Assembly (NCBI GenBank): GCA_044357355.1
Contig: JBIKPT010000002.1
Location: forward strand, 1 to 56,773
DNA: 56,773 nucleotides
Origin: Chitinophagales bacterium
Lineage (GTDB): Bacteria > Bacteroidota > Bacteroidia > Chitinophagales > JADIYW01
Direction: 5' to 3'
Both the position numbers and the translations under genes were made by a program. Shown here piece by piece: positions 9,939 through 19,311 of the stretch (position 1 is the stretch's first letter; each line of letters opens with the position of its first letter). The notes under the pieces were generated by a model that saw only the letters and a list, made by a program, of their open reading frames with translations, had not been told where the DNA came from and searched no databases.

Positions 9939-10586
9939 TTATTTCTTCAATTTTAACTGAATTGCTTTTATTATCATTGGTAAAACAGACAGGAAGACAA
10001 TCCCTAAAATAAATTTCTCCAGGTTTTTTTCTACAAACGGTATATTACCTAAAAAATAACCGATAATAGTAACAGAGCCCACCCACAGAATTCCGCCGAA
10101 AATATCATACGGTAAAAATATTTTATAATTCATTTTTCCCACACCGGAAACAAAAGGTGTGACGGTGCGTACAATTGGCATAAAGCGTGCAATAATTATT
10201 GTTTTGGTGCCATGCTTTTGAAAATAATTATGCACTTCTGTCAGCCAATCAGGATTTACTAAAGGTTTGCCTCTAAATTTCCATTTAAGTACTTTCTCAT
10301 TGAAATATTTTCCTACAAAGTAGTTCAGGTTATCGCCCAAAACTGCTGCAATAATTAATAGTGGAATTAAGATATAAATATTTAATCCTGAATCTTGTGC
10401 ACATAATAAACCGGCAGTAAACAACAGCGAATCGCCGGGTAAAAATGGCATAATCACCAGTCCTGTTTCTACAAAAATTATCAGAAATAAGATGGCATAG
10501 ATATAAGGTCCATACTGTTGAAACAACTGTAATAACACATCTTTGGTGTGTGTGAGCAGTTCTAATAAAAAGTGTATAAATTCCAT
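9939..10586 (-). CDS. DedA/VTT-family inner-membrane protein
   Basis: LPGDSLLFTAGLL and ARFMPIVRTVTPFVSG motifs, with multiple TM helices. Confidence 0.85.
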   Translation of the reverse strand: MEFIHFLLELLTHTKDVLLQLFQQYGPYIYAILFLIIFVETGLVIMPFLPGDSLLFTAGLLCAQDSGLNIYILIPLLIIAAVLGDNLNYFVGKYFNEKVLKWKFRGKPLVNPDWLTEVHNYFQKHGTKTIIIARFMPIVRTVTPFVSGVGKMNYKIFLPYDIFGGILWVGSVTIIGYFLGNIPFVEKNLEKFILGIVFLSVLPMIIKAIQLKLKK

Positions 10587-10705
10587 TTTTTTAAATTATT
10601 GAATCGGTGAATTGTAAAATATTAATATTTCTGCAAGATACAAGTTTTAATTAATTGTAGAATTATAGAATGTAGAAATAGTAAATTTGGGTTTAATTGA
10701 TCGTT

Positions 10706-11040
10706 ATGCAAACCATACTTCTGCTGATTCTTTCCAATTCATTTATGGCGTATGCCTGGTAGGGTCGGGTCACCTTAAAAATCCGAATTTAAAATTATGG
10801 CAGGCTGTTTTGATAAGTTGAAGTGTGGTATTTTTTGAGTATTTTTTTTATAGTGCCGGCCAACAGGATTGGTTATAAAACATTTAGTGCTTATCCGTTA
10901 AAATTATACAGGAAGTAATAACACCGAGCGTGTTTGTGGAGTTTGCCTGTTTTTTCTTAGGTCAAAAACGGCGATGGAATTATGCAAAACGTTTTCTCTT
11001 TTTTCAGAAAGCAGCTTATTCTTTAATAATTTTGAATAAT
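10706..11040 (+). pseudogene. Decayed DUF486/DMT-superfamily small membrane protein gene
   Basis: ATG at 10706 reads MQTILLLILSNSFMAYAW*G. Shifted frames read LWQAVLIS*SVVFFEYFF, then VPANRIGYKTFSAY, then KIIQEVITPSVFVEFACFFLGQKRRWNY. That is at least 2 nonsense codons and 2 frameshifts. The order of segments matches the AWYGHLK...VPANRIG...LKxIQEVIT...WNY layout I recall for DUF486. Confidence 0.65.
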
Positions 11041-12173
11041 TTATTTTCTACAATAACCATGTACATACCTTCAGGATATTCTTTTAAGTCTATGCTTTGC
11101 TCGCTTTTGCTGATGCTGGAATTAAAAATATTTTGTCCTGAAAAATTATAAATCTGCATATCGCTATCTTTCGTTTTGTTGTCAATTTTTACCCATAATT
11201 CATTATTAGCAGGATTTGCATAAACTGTTACATTTTCTTTGGTTTCAATTTGGTTGGTGTCTGTCTTTACCGAAGCAATTATGGAATAGCGGAATTTATG
11301 ATCAAAATCCATTTGTTTTAATTTATAATAGGAAAATCCCGGATATGGATGATCATCGGTAAATATATAAGTAGATACCCAATGTGAATTTCCATTGCCT
11401 TTTACACATCCAATACTTTCCCAGGTTTCTGCATCAACAGAGCGTTGCACGTCAAAATAATCATTGTTATATTCTGAGGCTGTTTTCCAGGTTAAAACTA
11501 CAGAATTATCATTTTTAAATTTAGGTTTAAAGGAAATGAACTCTATAGGCAGCACGCTGCTCATAATAATAACCGGATAATCCTCCACTTCTCCTGATGC
11601 AGCATAACCGCTTGCATATTGTACTTCTTTAACGGATGCTGCAATTCGAAAACGAGCAAAGGTTGCACCAAATTTCAGCTGACCACTTAATCCATTCCAG
11701 TTTACAGCTACTGAAGTAGCGCCATTTTCTACGATAGTGATATCAGAAGTTTCACCAGCATCACTAAAGTCGCCGTCACCGTTAAAATCTATGAAACCAT
11801 ATAAATAGGCATTTTCACCAGTTGTGTTGGTGACATTTGCATGGATGGTATAGGATGTATTGGAAGCATATAATAATGTAAACACCGGAACGCCGTCTTC
11901 ATCATTAACCGATCCGGATTTATCATCAGCAGTAGCATTTGAGTTATTCGATGCGTTCGTATCATAATCTACAGAAGCACCTAACATTAAATTTGGCTTC
12001 TGCTTATATAAATGCATAGGTTTGCCATAGCTGGTTGGTGCATCGCCAAAATCGTATAAAATAGTTGTTGATGCAGAATTGTTTTCAATGCCGTTTACCT
12101 TTGCGAATGAAGCTGTAATGCTACAATTTAAAAGTGTAAGTATAAAAATGGCGATGGTAAACTTTGTATTCAT
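11016..12173 (-). CDS. Secreted GEVED-domain protein with T9SS C-terminal sorting domain
   Basis: Signal peptide, YDFGDAPTSYG, SGEVEDYP and a C-terminal YANPANNELWVKI...GMYMVIVENKLFKIIKE sorting-tail pattern. It is a paralogue of the C-terminal third of 12243-14777. Confidence 0.8.
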   Translation of the reverse strand: MNTKFTIAIFILTLLNCSITASFAKVNGIENNSASTTILYDFGDAPTSYGKPMHLYKQKPNLMLGASVDYDTNASNNSNATADDKSGSVNDEDGVPVFTLLYASNTSYTIHANVTNTTGENAYLYGFIDFNGDGDFSDAGETSDITIVENGATSVAVNWNGLSGQLKFGATFARFRIAASVKEVQYASGYAASGEVEDYPVIIMSSVLPIEFISFKPKFKNDNSVVLTWKTASEYNNDYFDVQRSVDAETWESIGCVKGNGNSHWVSTYIFTDDHPYPGFSYYKLKQMDFDHKFRYSIIASVKTDTNQIETKENVTVYANPANNELWVKIDNKTKDSDMQIYNFSGQNIFNSSISKSEQSIDLKEYPEGMYMVIVENKLFKIIKE

Positions 12174-12201
12174 AAGGTTGGGTATTCTAAAACAATGAAT
12201 T

Positions 12202-12237
12202 AAAACAGCAGTATGGTCAATTCCACACTGCTGTTTT
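12202..12237 (-). terminator. Stem-loop terminator after the 844-aa T9SS cargo gene
   Basis: AAAACAGCAGT-(14 nt)-ACTGCTGTTTT forms an 11-bp perfect stem with A/T tracts on both sides. Confidence 0.6.
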
Positions 12238-12242
12238 TAATA

Positions 12243-14777
12243 TTATTCTTTAATTATTATATATTTTTTAGTACCTATTTTGATAAAATACATGCCTGCC
12301 TGATAATTGGATACGTCTACTTGCTGTACATTATCTTTCATAACGGAGGAATAAATTTTTTCTCCGGTAATATTAAAAAGATCAAGCGTCAGTTCGGTAT
12401 CTGTGTTTCTGTTTTGTACAGATTTTATCCAGAATTCATTTTTTGCCGGATTTGGATAGACAACAAAATCATCTTTTACTTCCGGTGTCGCCGCGGCATC
12501 CAGTTTCAACATAATGGTATTAGAGAACTCAAATTTTCCGTCAAAATCTACCTGTTGTAGTCTGTAATAATTTTCTCCTATTTCTGGTTTTGAATCAATA
12601 AAACTGTAAGAAATTAATTGATTGCTGTTTCCGTAGCCATCCACTTTTCCGATGGTTTCCCAAACGGTACCATCTTGTTTTTTTCTCTGCAAATCGAAAT
12701 AATCATTGTTTAATTCCGAAGCTGTTTTCCAGGTTAAAAGAGATGTTTTATCTTCTTTAAGTTCGCCTTTAAATTCAACTAACTCTACCGGCAAATTCAC
12801 CTGATAGATTGGAAAAGGATAATCTTCCACTTCTCCGTTTCTGGCAAAACCAAACGGACTTCCTGCCTCAGCAGCGCTTGAGGCCAATCTGAATCGAATA
12901 AAGCTGGAACCAGCGGAACCACCTGTTAAACCTACCCAGGTAACCGTTACTGACGTCGCACCGTTCGCCACTGTTGTTGCTAATGATCTTTCATTGGCAT
13001 CCGTAAAATCACCGTCTCTGTTAAAGTCCATATAGCCATATATTGTTGCATTTGCACCTGTAGTGTTTCTGACACTTACTGTTACATTATAAGAAAACCA
13101 GGAGGTTGAAATAGCCGGAAAAGAAGCGACTCCCTCTTCATCATTGATGGCGCCTGTATTTTTTACATCATCTGCTTTTGCAGGTGGATTGGAAGCACTT
13201 ACCATTTCATAATCGATAAGAGTACCAATGGTTAAATTAGGTGACACTCTGAATAAGTGATAAGTTAGTCCGTAAGATGTTGGAGCATCACCGTAATCAT
13301 ATGGATATTTAAATGCTTCTGCAGCATCTGTTAACTCTGTGGTGCCTGCACCTGTATACACAATTCTTGCACCTAAAACACCGGCATTATTGTATGCCTG
13401 ATATGCTGAATCGTAAAAATGGTAAATAGTACCGGTATAGTCTATTCCACTTTGAGAACCATTGATGATATCGGCAGTTAAAGAATAACCAACGGCTGCT
13501 ACCTGTGTGTTCAGGTCAATATGCTCTAAGCCGGTGTTGGCAGCTCGTCCAGCAGATGAATTGAAATTATAAAATACACCATTATTAATAACAAAATCTG
13601 CCCAGTCATATACAGAGCTACCTGTATTTCCTATTTTCGACCAAACCCGATAAGCAAATATTGGATTGCCTGTTGTGGTATCAATCTCCAATCTGTAAAC
13701 AGCGGCAGGTTCATTAACATTGAGCATGTCCTGACCAAGATATAATGCACCATCATAAAAAGATGCGCCACCGCTACCCATTCCGTTATCAAATAACTGA
13801 ATGCCATAATTTCTTACATCAGCAATCCAGGTTGATTTAACACCTGTTTTAATATCGTATTTATATACAGCTCTGTTACTTGGTGTACGTGCATTATCAC
13901 AAAAATAAACTATCTGATTATATGGATCGTATGCTAAAGAGTTGATTGCCGGAGCAAACAAGGTATCAATTAGGTTTGTATTTCCTACTTCATATAATAA
14001 CTCAACTATATTGTTTGTCATGTCAACCGCTACTATGCTATCACCATAGCTGGCTATCATGTATGCAGGCTGTCCAACTTCCGGTGTAGCAATTGCCTGA
14101 TAGCCGATTGCCCATGTTCCTGTGGTAGTGTTATTATTACATGCAGTAATATCAGAAATCCATATTTGGTCATTACCAGCAGTTGATTTTGTAAAAGTAA
14201 GGACTACTTTCTTTACAGGTCCAGCTATGGTAACATTTACTGTTCCCTGTGTTTCTGTTACACCTCTAAGGTATGCGTCTGCTGTTGCTGTTGCTGAGGT
14301 TGAATTATGTCCGGTAACAATAATTGTTCCTGAGGTTGGTCTCACTAAACCAACATTCAGCGCTGTACCGGCTGCATTATACGCTCTCACATTCATTGCT
14401 TGTCTGTTATCTATATCATACACACTGAATCGAAGGTTAGAAACTTCTTTGTCAAATACTATTGTATCTGCACCAGCACTAACAGAGAATTCCATATCGC
14501 TTCCGGTAGCTAAACTCCTTCCTTCTCCTGTGTGTGTACCATTGATTCCTGTCAAAACGTTATTTGCACCACCAGACCATGCAAAACGCAAATCATTTTT
14601 TCCAATAGCAAATTGCAATGGACTTGTTGGCAAGGATGCTGCTGCAAAATAATGCATATCAAAATTGATTTGAGCATTAGTGAAACCATCAGAACATTGT
14701 GCTTTTGCCTGTTGGTTGTAGAAGTAACCTAGCATCAATGTGATAATAAGTACTGTTTTTTGTAAAAAGGTTTTCAT
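12243..14777 (-). CDS. Large secreted GEVED-domain protein with T9SS C-terminal sorting domain
   Basis: 844 aa. Signal peptide ending AKAQC, YDYGDAPTSYG, NGEVEDYPFP and the tail YPNPAKNEFWIK...GMYFIKIGTKKYIIIKE. Confidence 0.8.
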   Translation of the reverse strand: MKTFLQKTVLIITLMLGYFYNQQAKAQCSDGFTNAQINFDMHYFAAASLPTSPLQFAIGKNDLRFAWSGGANNVLTGINGTHTGEGRSLATGSDMEFSVSAGADTIVFDKEVSNLRFSVYDIDNRQAMNVRAYNAAGTALNVGLVRPTSGTIIVTGHNSTSATATADAYLRGVTETQGTVNVTIAGPVKKVVLTFTKSTAGNDQIWISDITACNNNTTTGTWAIGYQAIATPEVGQPAYMIASYGDSIVAVDMTNNIVELLYEVGNTNLIDTLFAPAINSLAYDPYNQIVYFCDNARTPSNRAVYKYDIKTGVKSTWIADVRNYGIQLFDNGMGSGGASFYDGALYLGQDMLNVNEPAAVYRLEIDTTTGNPIFAYRVWSKIGNTGSSVYDWADFVINNGVFYNFNSSAGRAANTGLEHIDLNTQVAAVGYSLTADIINGSQSGIDYTGTIYHFYDSAYQAYNNAGVLGARIVYTGAGTTELTDAAEAFKYPYDYGDAPTSYGLTYHLFRVSPNLTIGTLIDYEMVSASNPPAKADDVKNTGAINDEEGVASFPAISTSWFSYNVTVSVRNTTGANATIYGYMDFNRDGDFTDANERSLATTVANGATSVTVTWVGLTGGSAGSSFIRFRLASSAAEAGSPFGFARNGEVEDYPFPIYQVNLPVELVEFKGELKEDKTSLLTWKTASELNNDYFDLQRKKQDGTVWETIGKVDGYGNSNQLISYSFIDSKPEIGENYYRLQQVDFDGKFEFSNTIMLKLDAAATPEVKDDFVVYPNPAKNEFWIKSVQNRNTDTELTLDLFNITGEKIYSSVMKDNVQQVDVSNYQAGMYFIKIGTKKYIIIKE

Positions 14778-15104
14778 AACAAAGGGTTTATTATGTTTAA
14801 AATGTAAAGTTTAAATCATGAACTTATTTTAAGTTTATCATTAAACATGAACACTAAGATGAAAGTGAAGAGGTCGGTAATTCAGACAAACGAAAAATAC
14901 TTCGTGTGTTTAATTTGTATCCTTGGAATGTGTGTAGAATTTAGGGTTTCTATGTACATCCGCAGGTATTAAAAACCTTTAAACATTACTTAGGGTTATG
15001 TCACTGTAAAAATAGCAAAACTTTCCACATGTCGCATCACTATTTATGGTGATTTTTTTGATTTTTGTTAATTATTTGGGTTAAAATGTTTAATGAACCA
15101 ATAG

Positions 15105-15136
15105 AATAACATTTGAATTAGGGCTCAAATGTTATT
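15105..15136 (-). terminator. Strong stem-loop downstream of the mnmG / Ig-like gene pair
   Basis: AATAACATTTGA-attagggc-TCAAATGTTATT is a 12-bp perfect stem. There is no clean U-tract, so its function is uncertain. Confidence 0.4.
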
Positions 15137-15291
15137 ACAAAAATAGTTAATCTGTTAGTAAGCCGCATACCCATAAATGGTGATACTTAAGCAGACATCA
15201 CTATTTTTACTATAAAAATGTGACATGTTTATAAGTACCAAATAATGATTACATAGTAGAATTTTAGGTACTTAATAGAAATTTTAAGGAT

Positions 15292-17061
15292 TTATTCGCC
15301 GAAACCACCTTTTCTATTGCCTGGTTTTAATTGTTCTGTATTCTTAGAGTTTCCAAAATTACCTGCTGGTTCAGGATTTGTATTTAGGTTTGGAGTTTTT
15401 TTATTGAAATCTACCTGGATGATTTCTTCTGCATCCCAGTTTTCTTTTATGATAATTGGTTTGGGTTCTTTATATATTTTTTCCGGTAATGTTTTATTTA
15501 TAAAACTTCCTGAGTTCCAAATTCCGTTGTTGTTTTCATCATCGATAATTTCTACAGAATAATTTCCGGAAAAGAGTAAACCGTAGTCAATTTTAACCGT
15601 CTGAGAATCGCGTAGAATTTGCTTATTCAGTACTTTACCCGTATTATCTTTTAAAATTGCGATATAATTACGGTATTTTAGTGGTAAGTTATACGTTATC
15701 AATAAGTTACCTGATTTTTTAACGTAAGTCACTAAAAATGAAATTTCCTGCTTTTTATTAAAATTTCCTGCCAAATCTGTAAATGCTGAGTCTAAAATAG
15801 TCAATTTGTATTTTATGCCCGGATTCCAGCCTGCCATAAAATTATACGTTTGCAAATCAACTTCTTGTGAAACAGAAAATGGAATTTGTATTCCTGAAGT
15901 ATCTGTAATGATCATTTTAGAAGTGTCTGGTTTTTCTAAACCATAAAAAGAAGCAATTAATTTTAATGGCTTTGTTTCAATAACATTTAGTGTTTTGTAA
16001 GTTGTTGTATCGGTAAAAAACAAAATCGGCATTTTAGAGCTTTTACTTTCTATTTTTATTCTTAAGGTATCTATTAGTTGGTTGTTGTGTTTAAAAACCA
16101 AAGTGAAATTATTTGTATCTGACTGAAGTTTAGGAAAATAAACGGTCATCTTCTTAGCATCTTTATCCTGAAAAGCTACAGGAACAATATCCTTATTTTC
16201 TACCACCTGAACTGTTATTTCGTCTTTTGTAAAAGAAAGTTCTTTGTTGAAAGTAAGATGTAAAATGCCATTTTTTATGACTCTGTCAAATTCAAAAATA
16301 CGTAAAGCAGCATCTTCCGGTAAAAAAAGCTGCATTTCCAATGTATCCAAACTTCCGTTTATATGATAAACAGTATCCGTAAATGCAATTGCTTCTGTAG
16401 GTAAATCGTAGTAATAATTACTATTTTTATCACTTAGTGCATAGATTCTATAGTCGCCTTCTTTTACATTTTCTAATGAAAAAGCACCATCCTGGCCAAT
16501 TTTTGCAATATAAAATGGTCTATTTTTGGTAAAAGCAGAGTCTTCTTTTTCTTTATAAAGCAATAAATAGGTGTTGTCCGGAATTTTATCCAGCATCGTT
16601 TTTACCGTTCCTTTCACTTTTAATGAATCGATATATTGACCGGTGGAGAAAATGTATTTAAAATTCGTGAAGGCATTTCCTTCGTTATTATCTTTAATAT
16701 TATCACCAAAGAAGATACTGTAAGTGGTATTTGATAGCAGTGTATCTTTTAGCTTTATAATTAATTCATTTCGTGCTATGTCAATTTCCGGAAAAGGATC
16801 AATATTTGGAGAAATCAGTACCTGCGTTTTAGGGTTCGTTAATGGTTGAATCCATTCATCAAATTCAATTTTTATCTGTTTTTGATTGAAATTAATTGAA
16901 TAATTTGCTGGTGTTGATGTTGAAATTACCGGTGGCGTTTGATCACGGTTTCCACCTGAAGGTGCTGTGATTTGAGCACAGGAAGCAATAATTAAGCAAT
17001 GAAATAAAGAGATAAGGAGATAATGAAACCAATTTTTTTGTATGCTTTTATGTTTATACAT
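15292..17061 (-). CDS. Ig-like (Big_5/SbsA-type) domain lipoprotein
   Basis: 589 aa. The lipobox (IIASCAQ) is followed by ITAPSGGNRDQTPPVI..., typical of Bacteroidota Ig-like domain lipoproteins. Confidence 0.6.
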   Translation of the reverse strand: MYKHKSIQKNWFHYLLISLFHCLIIASCAQITAPSGGNRDQTPPVISTSTPANYSINFNQKQIKIEFDEWIQPLTNPKTQVLISPNIDPFPEIDIARNELIIKLKDTLLSNTTYSIFFGDNIKDNNEGNAFTNFKYIFSTGQYIDSLKVKGTVKTMLDKIPDNTYLLLYKEKEDSAFTKNRPFYIAKIGQDGAFSLENVKEGDYRIYALSDKNSNYYYDLPTEAIAFTDTVYHINGSLDTLEMQLFLPEDAALRIFEFDRVIKNGILHLTFNKELSFTKDEITVQVVENKDIVPVAFQDKDAKKMTVYFPKLQSDTNNFTLVFKHNNQLIDTLRIKIESKSSKMPILFFTDTTTYKTLNVIETKPLKLIASFYGLEKPDTSKMIITDTSGIQIPFSVSQEVDLQTYNFMAGWNPGIKYKLTILDSAFTDLAGNFNKKQEISFLVTYVKKSGNLLITYNLPLKYRNYIAILKDNTGKVLNKQILRDSQTVKIDYGLLFSGNYSVEIIDDENNNGIWNSGSFINKTLPEKIYKEPKPIIIKENWDAEEIIQVDFNKKTPNLNTNPEPAGNFGNSKNTEQLKPGNRKGGFGE

Positions 17062-17088
17062 GGATAAATTATTTCATTGTTGAATTTA

Positions 17089-18951
17089 CTATCTTCCTAA
17101 ATAAACCATCAGTACAGAAATATCTGATGGTGAAACGCCGGAAATTCTGCTGGCTTGTCCCAGTGTTTGCGGCTTCATTTTAGTCAGTTTCTGGCGTGCT
17201 TCCATACTCAGTGATGGCAGGCTCATATAATCAAATTCCGGCTTTAGTCTGACGTTTTCAATTTTATCCATCTTTTGCACCTGATCATACTCTTTATTGA
17301 TATAACCGTCATATTTTACGGATATTTCTGCTTGTTCCAAAAACTCTCTTTCGTATTTAGATAAGTGTTCTTTTACTACAGGTACATGTTCCATTAAGTC
17401 TAAAATACCTATCTGCGGTCGTGTAATTATCTTTTCCAACTTCATTTTATGCATCATTGGAGTTGTGCCTTTAGACTCCAGGTATGCATCTATATCTGCC
17501 GGTTCAATGCTAAATTCTTTTATGAAGCGTATAATTTCTTCCGTTGCTGCTTTCTTTTCCTGCACTCTGTCCATTCTTTCCTGCTCTGCAAAGCCAATTT
17601 TATGCGATAACTCGGTAAGTCGTAAATCAGCATTATCCTGACGTAATAGTATACGAAACTCAGCTCTTGAGGTAAACATTCTATAGGGTTCTTCCGTGCC
17701 TTTATTCACAAGATCATCGATAAGAACGCCAATGTAAGCTTCACTTCTTTTCAGGATAACAGGTTCCAGATCATTAATAGCACGATGTGCATTTATTCCT
17801 GCCATCATACCTTGAGACGCAGCTTCTTCATATCCTGTGGTGCCATTTATCTGACCGGCAAAAAACAAATTTTTAATCAATCTTGTTTCCAGCGAGAGAG
17901 ACAATTGTGTAGGCGGAAAATAATCATACTCAATTGCATAACCAGGTCTAAACATCTTTACCTTTTCGAAACCCGGAATTTGGGTTAGTGCTTTGTATTG
18001 CACATCTTCCGGCAGTGAAGTTGAAAATCCGTTTACATAGATTTCCACAGTGTTCCATCCTTCCGGTTCTACAAAAATCTGGTGTCTGTCTTTATCAGCA
18101 AAACGGTTAATTTTATCTTCAATCGACGGACAATATCTGGGTCCTAAACCCTGAATTCTACCCTGAAACATCGGCGATTTTTCAAAGCCGGTTTTGAGTA
18201 AGTCGTGTACTTTATCATTGGTATAGGTAATCCAGCAGCAGCGTTGTTCTTTTGGTTTTTCTATGTTTTTATAAGAAAAGCCTACTATATCTTCATCACC
18301 GTTCTGAACTTCCATTTTGGAATAATCCAGGCTCCTACCGTCTACGCGTGGTGGTGTTCCTGTTTTCATTCTGCCACTCTCAAAGCCTAAGGCCACCAAT
18401 TGTTCTGTAATTCCTTTAGATGCCTTTTCTCCTGCTCTACCACCGCCAAATTGCTTTTCTCCGATATGTATGATGCCATTTAAAAATGTACCGTTGGTTA
18501 GTACTACTGCCTTTGAACGGATTTCCATACCCATACCAGTTTTTATACCACAAACCACACCATTTTCTACTATGAGTTCAGCAACCATATCTTGCCAGAA
18601 ATCAATATTTGGTGTGTTTTCCAGCATTTCTCGCCAAACCAAATGGAACTGCATTCTATCGCTTTGTGCTCTCGGGCTCCACATGGCTGGTCCTTTTGAT
18701 AAGTTCAGCATTCTGAATTGTATCATTGTTTTGTCGGTAACAATTCCAGAGTATCCACCCATAGCATCAATTTCTCGCACAATCTGACCTTTTGCCACGC
18801 CACCCATTGCCGGATTGCAAGACATTTGAGCGATGGTTTGCATATTCATGGTGGCCAGCAGTACCTTGCTACCCATTTTAGCAGCGGCAACAGCAGCCTC
18901 ACAACCAGCGTGGCCGGCACCAACAACTATTACATCATACGATTGAAACAT
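17089..18951 (-). CDS. mnmG: tRNA uridine 5-carboxymethylaminomethyl modification enzyme MnmG (GidA)
   Basis: [19 protein letters not shown] motif and full-length GidA-like sequence (620 aa). Confidence 0.97.
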   Translation of the reverse strand: MFQSYDVIVVGAGHAGCEAAVAAAKMGSKVLLATMNMQTIAQMSCNPAMGGVAKGQIVREIDAMGGYSGIVTDKTMIQFRMLNLSKGPAMWSPRAQSDRMQFHLVWREMLENTPNIDFWQDMVAELIVENGVVCGIKTGMGMEIRSKAVVLTNGTFLNGIIHIGEKQFGGGRAGEKASKGITEQLVALGFESGRMKTGTPPRVDGRSLDYSKMEVQNGDEDIVGFSYKNIEKPKEQRCCWITYTNDKVHDLLKTGFEKSPMFQGRIQGLGPRYCPSIEDKINRFADKDRHQIFVEPEGWNTVEIYVNGFSTSLPEDVQYKALTQIPGFEKVKMFRPGYAIEYDYFPPTQLSLSLETRLIKNLFFAGQINGTTGYEEAASQGMMAGINAHRAINDLEPVILKRSEAYIGVLIDDLVNKGTEEPYRMFTSRAEFRILLRQDNADLRLTELSHKIGFAEQERMDRVQEKKAATEEIIRFIKEFSIEPADIDAYLESKGTTPMMHKMKLEKIITRPQIGILDLMEHVPVVKEHLSKYEREFLEQAEISVKYDGYINKEYDQVQKMDKIENVRLKPEFDYMSLPSLSMEARQKLTKMKPQTLGQASRISGVSPSDISVLMVYLGR

Positions 18952-18970
18952 GTTGCAAAGATATACATAA

Positions 18971-18998
18971 GTCGTAAGTCGTGAGTCGTAAGTCGTAA
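18971..18998. repeat. Tandem heptamer array (GTCGTAA/GTCGTGA) x4
   Basis: gtcgtaa gtcgtga gtcgtaa gtcgtaa sits directly upstream of the mnmG start. It has the same period-7 GTAAG register as the arrays at 26974-27017 and 27109-27134. Confidence 0.8.
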
Positions 18999-19071
18999 GA
19001 ATTTATTACTAAATTCTAATTCCACAAAATAATACACATGTTTATAACCCGTATGTGGATTAGGGTTAACA

Positions 19072-19087
19072 AGTTTCACGTGAAACA
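19072..19087. other. parS (ParB/Spo0J binding site), 15/16 match to TGTTTCACGTGAAACA
   Basis: aGTTTCACGTGAAACA, with a perfect 14-bp palindromic core at 19073-19086. Confidence 0.75.
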
Positions 19088-19154
19088 ATTTAAACTATGG
19101 CCAAATATCACCTATCCACAAATTCATTCACTTTGTGAATTCTGTGATGTGAAT

Positions 19155-19170
19155 AGTTTCACGTGAAACA
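19155..19170. other. parS, 15/16 match
   Basis: aGTTTCACGTGAAACA, core at 19156-19169, 83 bp from the first copy. Confidence 0.75.
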
Positions 19171-19244
19171 ATATTGAGTTAATCACCTTAAGAAAGAAAA
19201 TAAAATTTGAATTCCTAAAATTGAAAATGAAATAACTTAGTGTT

Positions 19245-19260
19245 TGTTTCACGTGAAACA
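19245..19260. other. parS, perfect 16-bp palindrome
   Basis: TGTTTCACGTGAAACA, 90 bp from the second copy. Confidence 0.8.
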
Positions 19261-19311
19261 AAAAAGTGGATGAAAATTCATCGGCCTGTAGAGTATACTA
19301 TGTGTGATTAT

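Noticed and set aside
14122-14652. 176-aa plus-strand ORF (and similar antisense ORFs inside mnmG, ppk1, GH13, hemN, uvrB)
   Set aside because: These are embedded antisense to long, well-supported CDSs and have no motifs. They are typical shadow ORFs.
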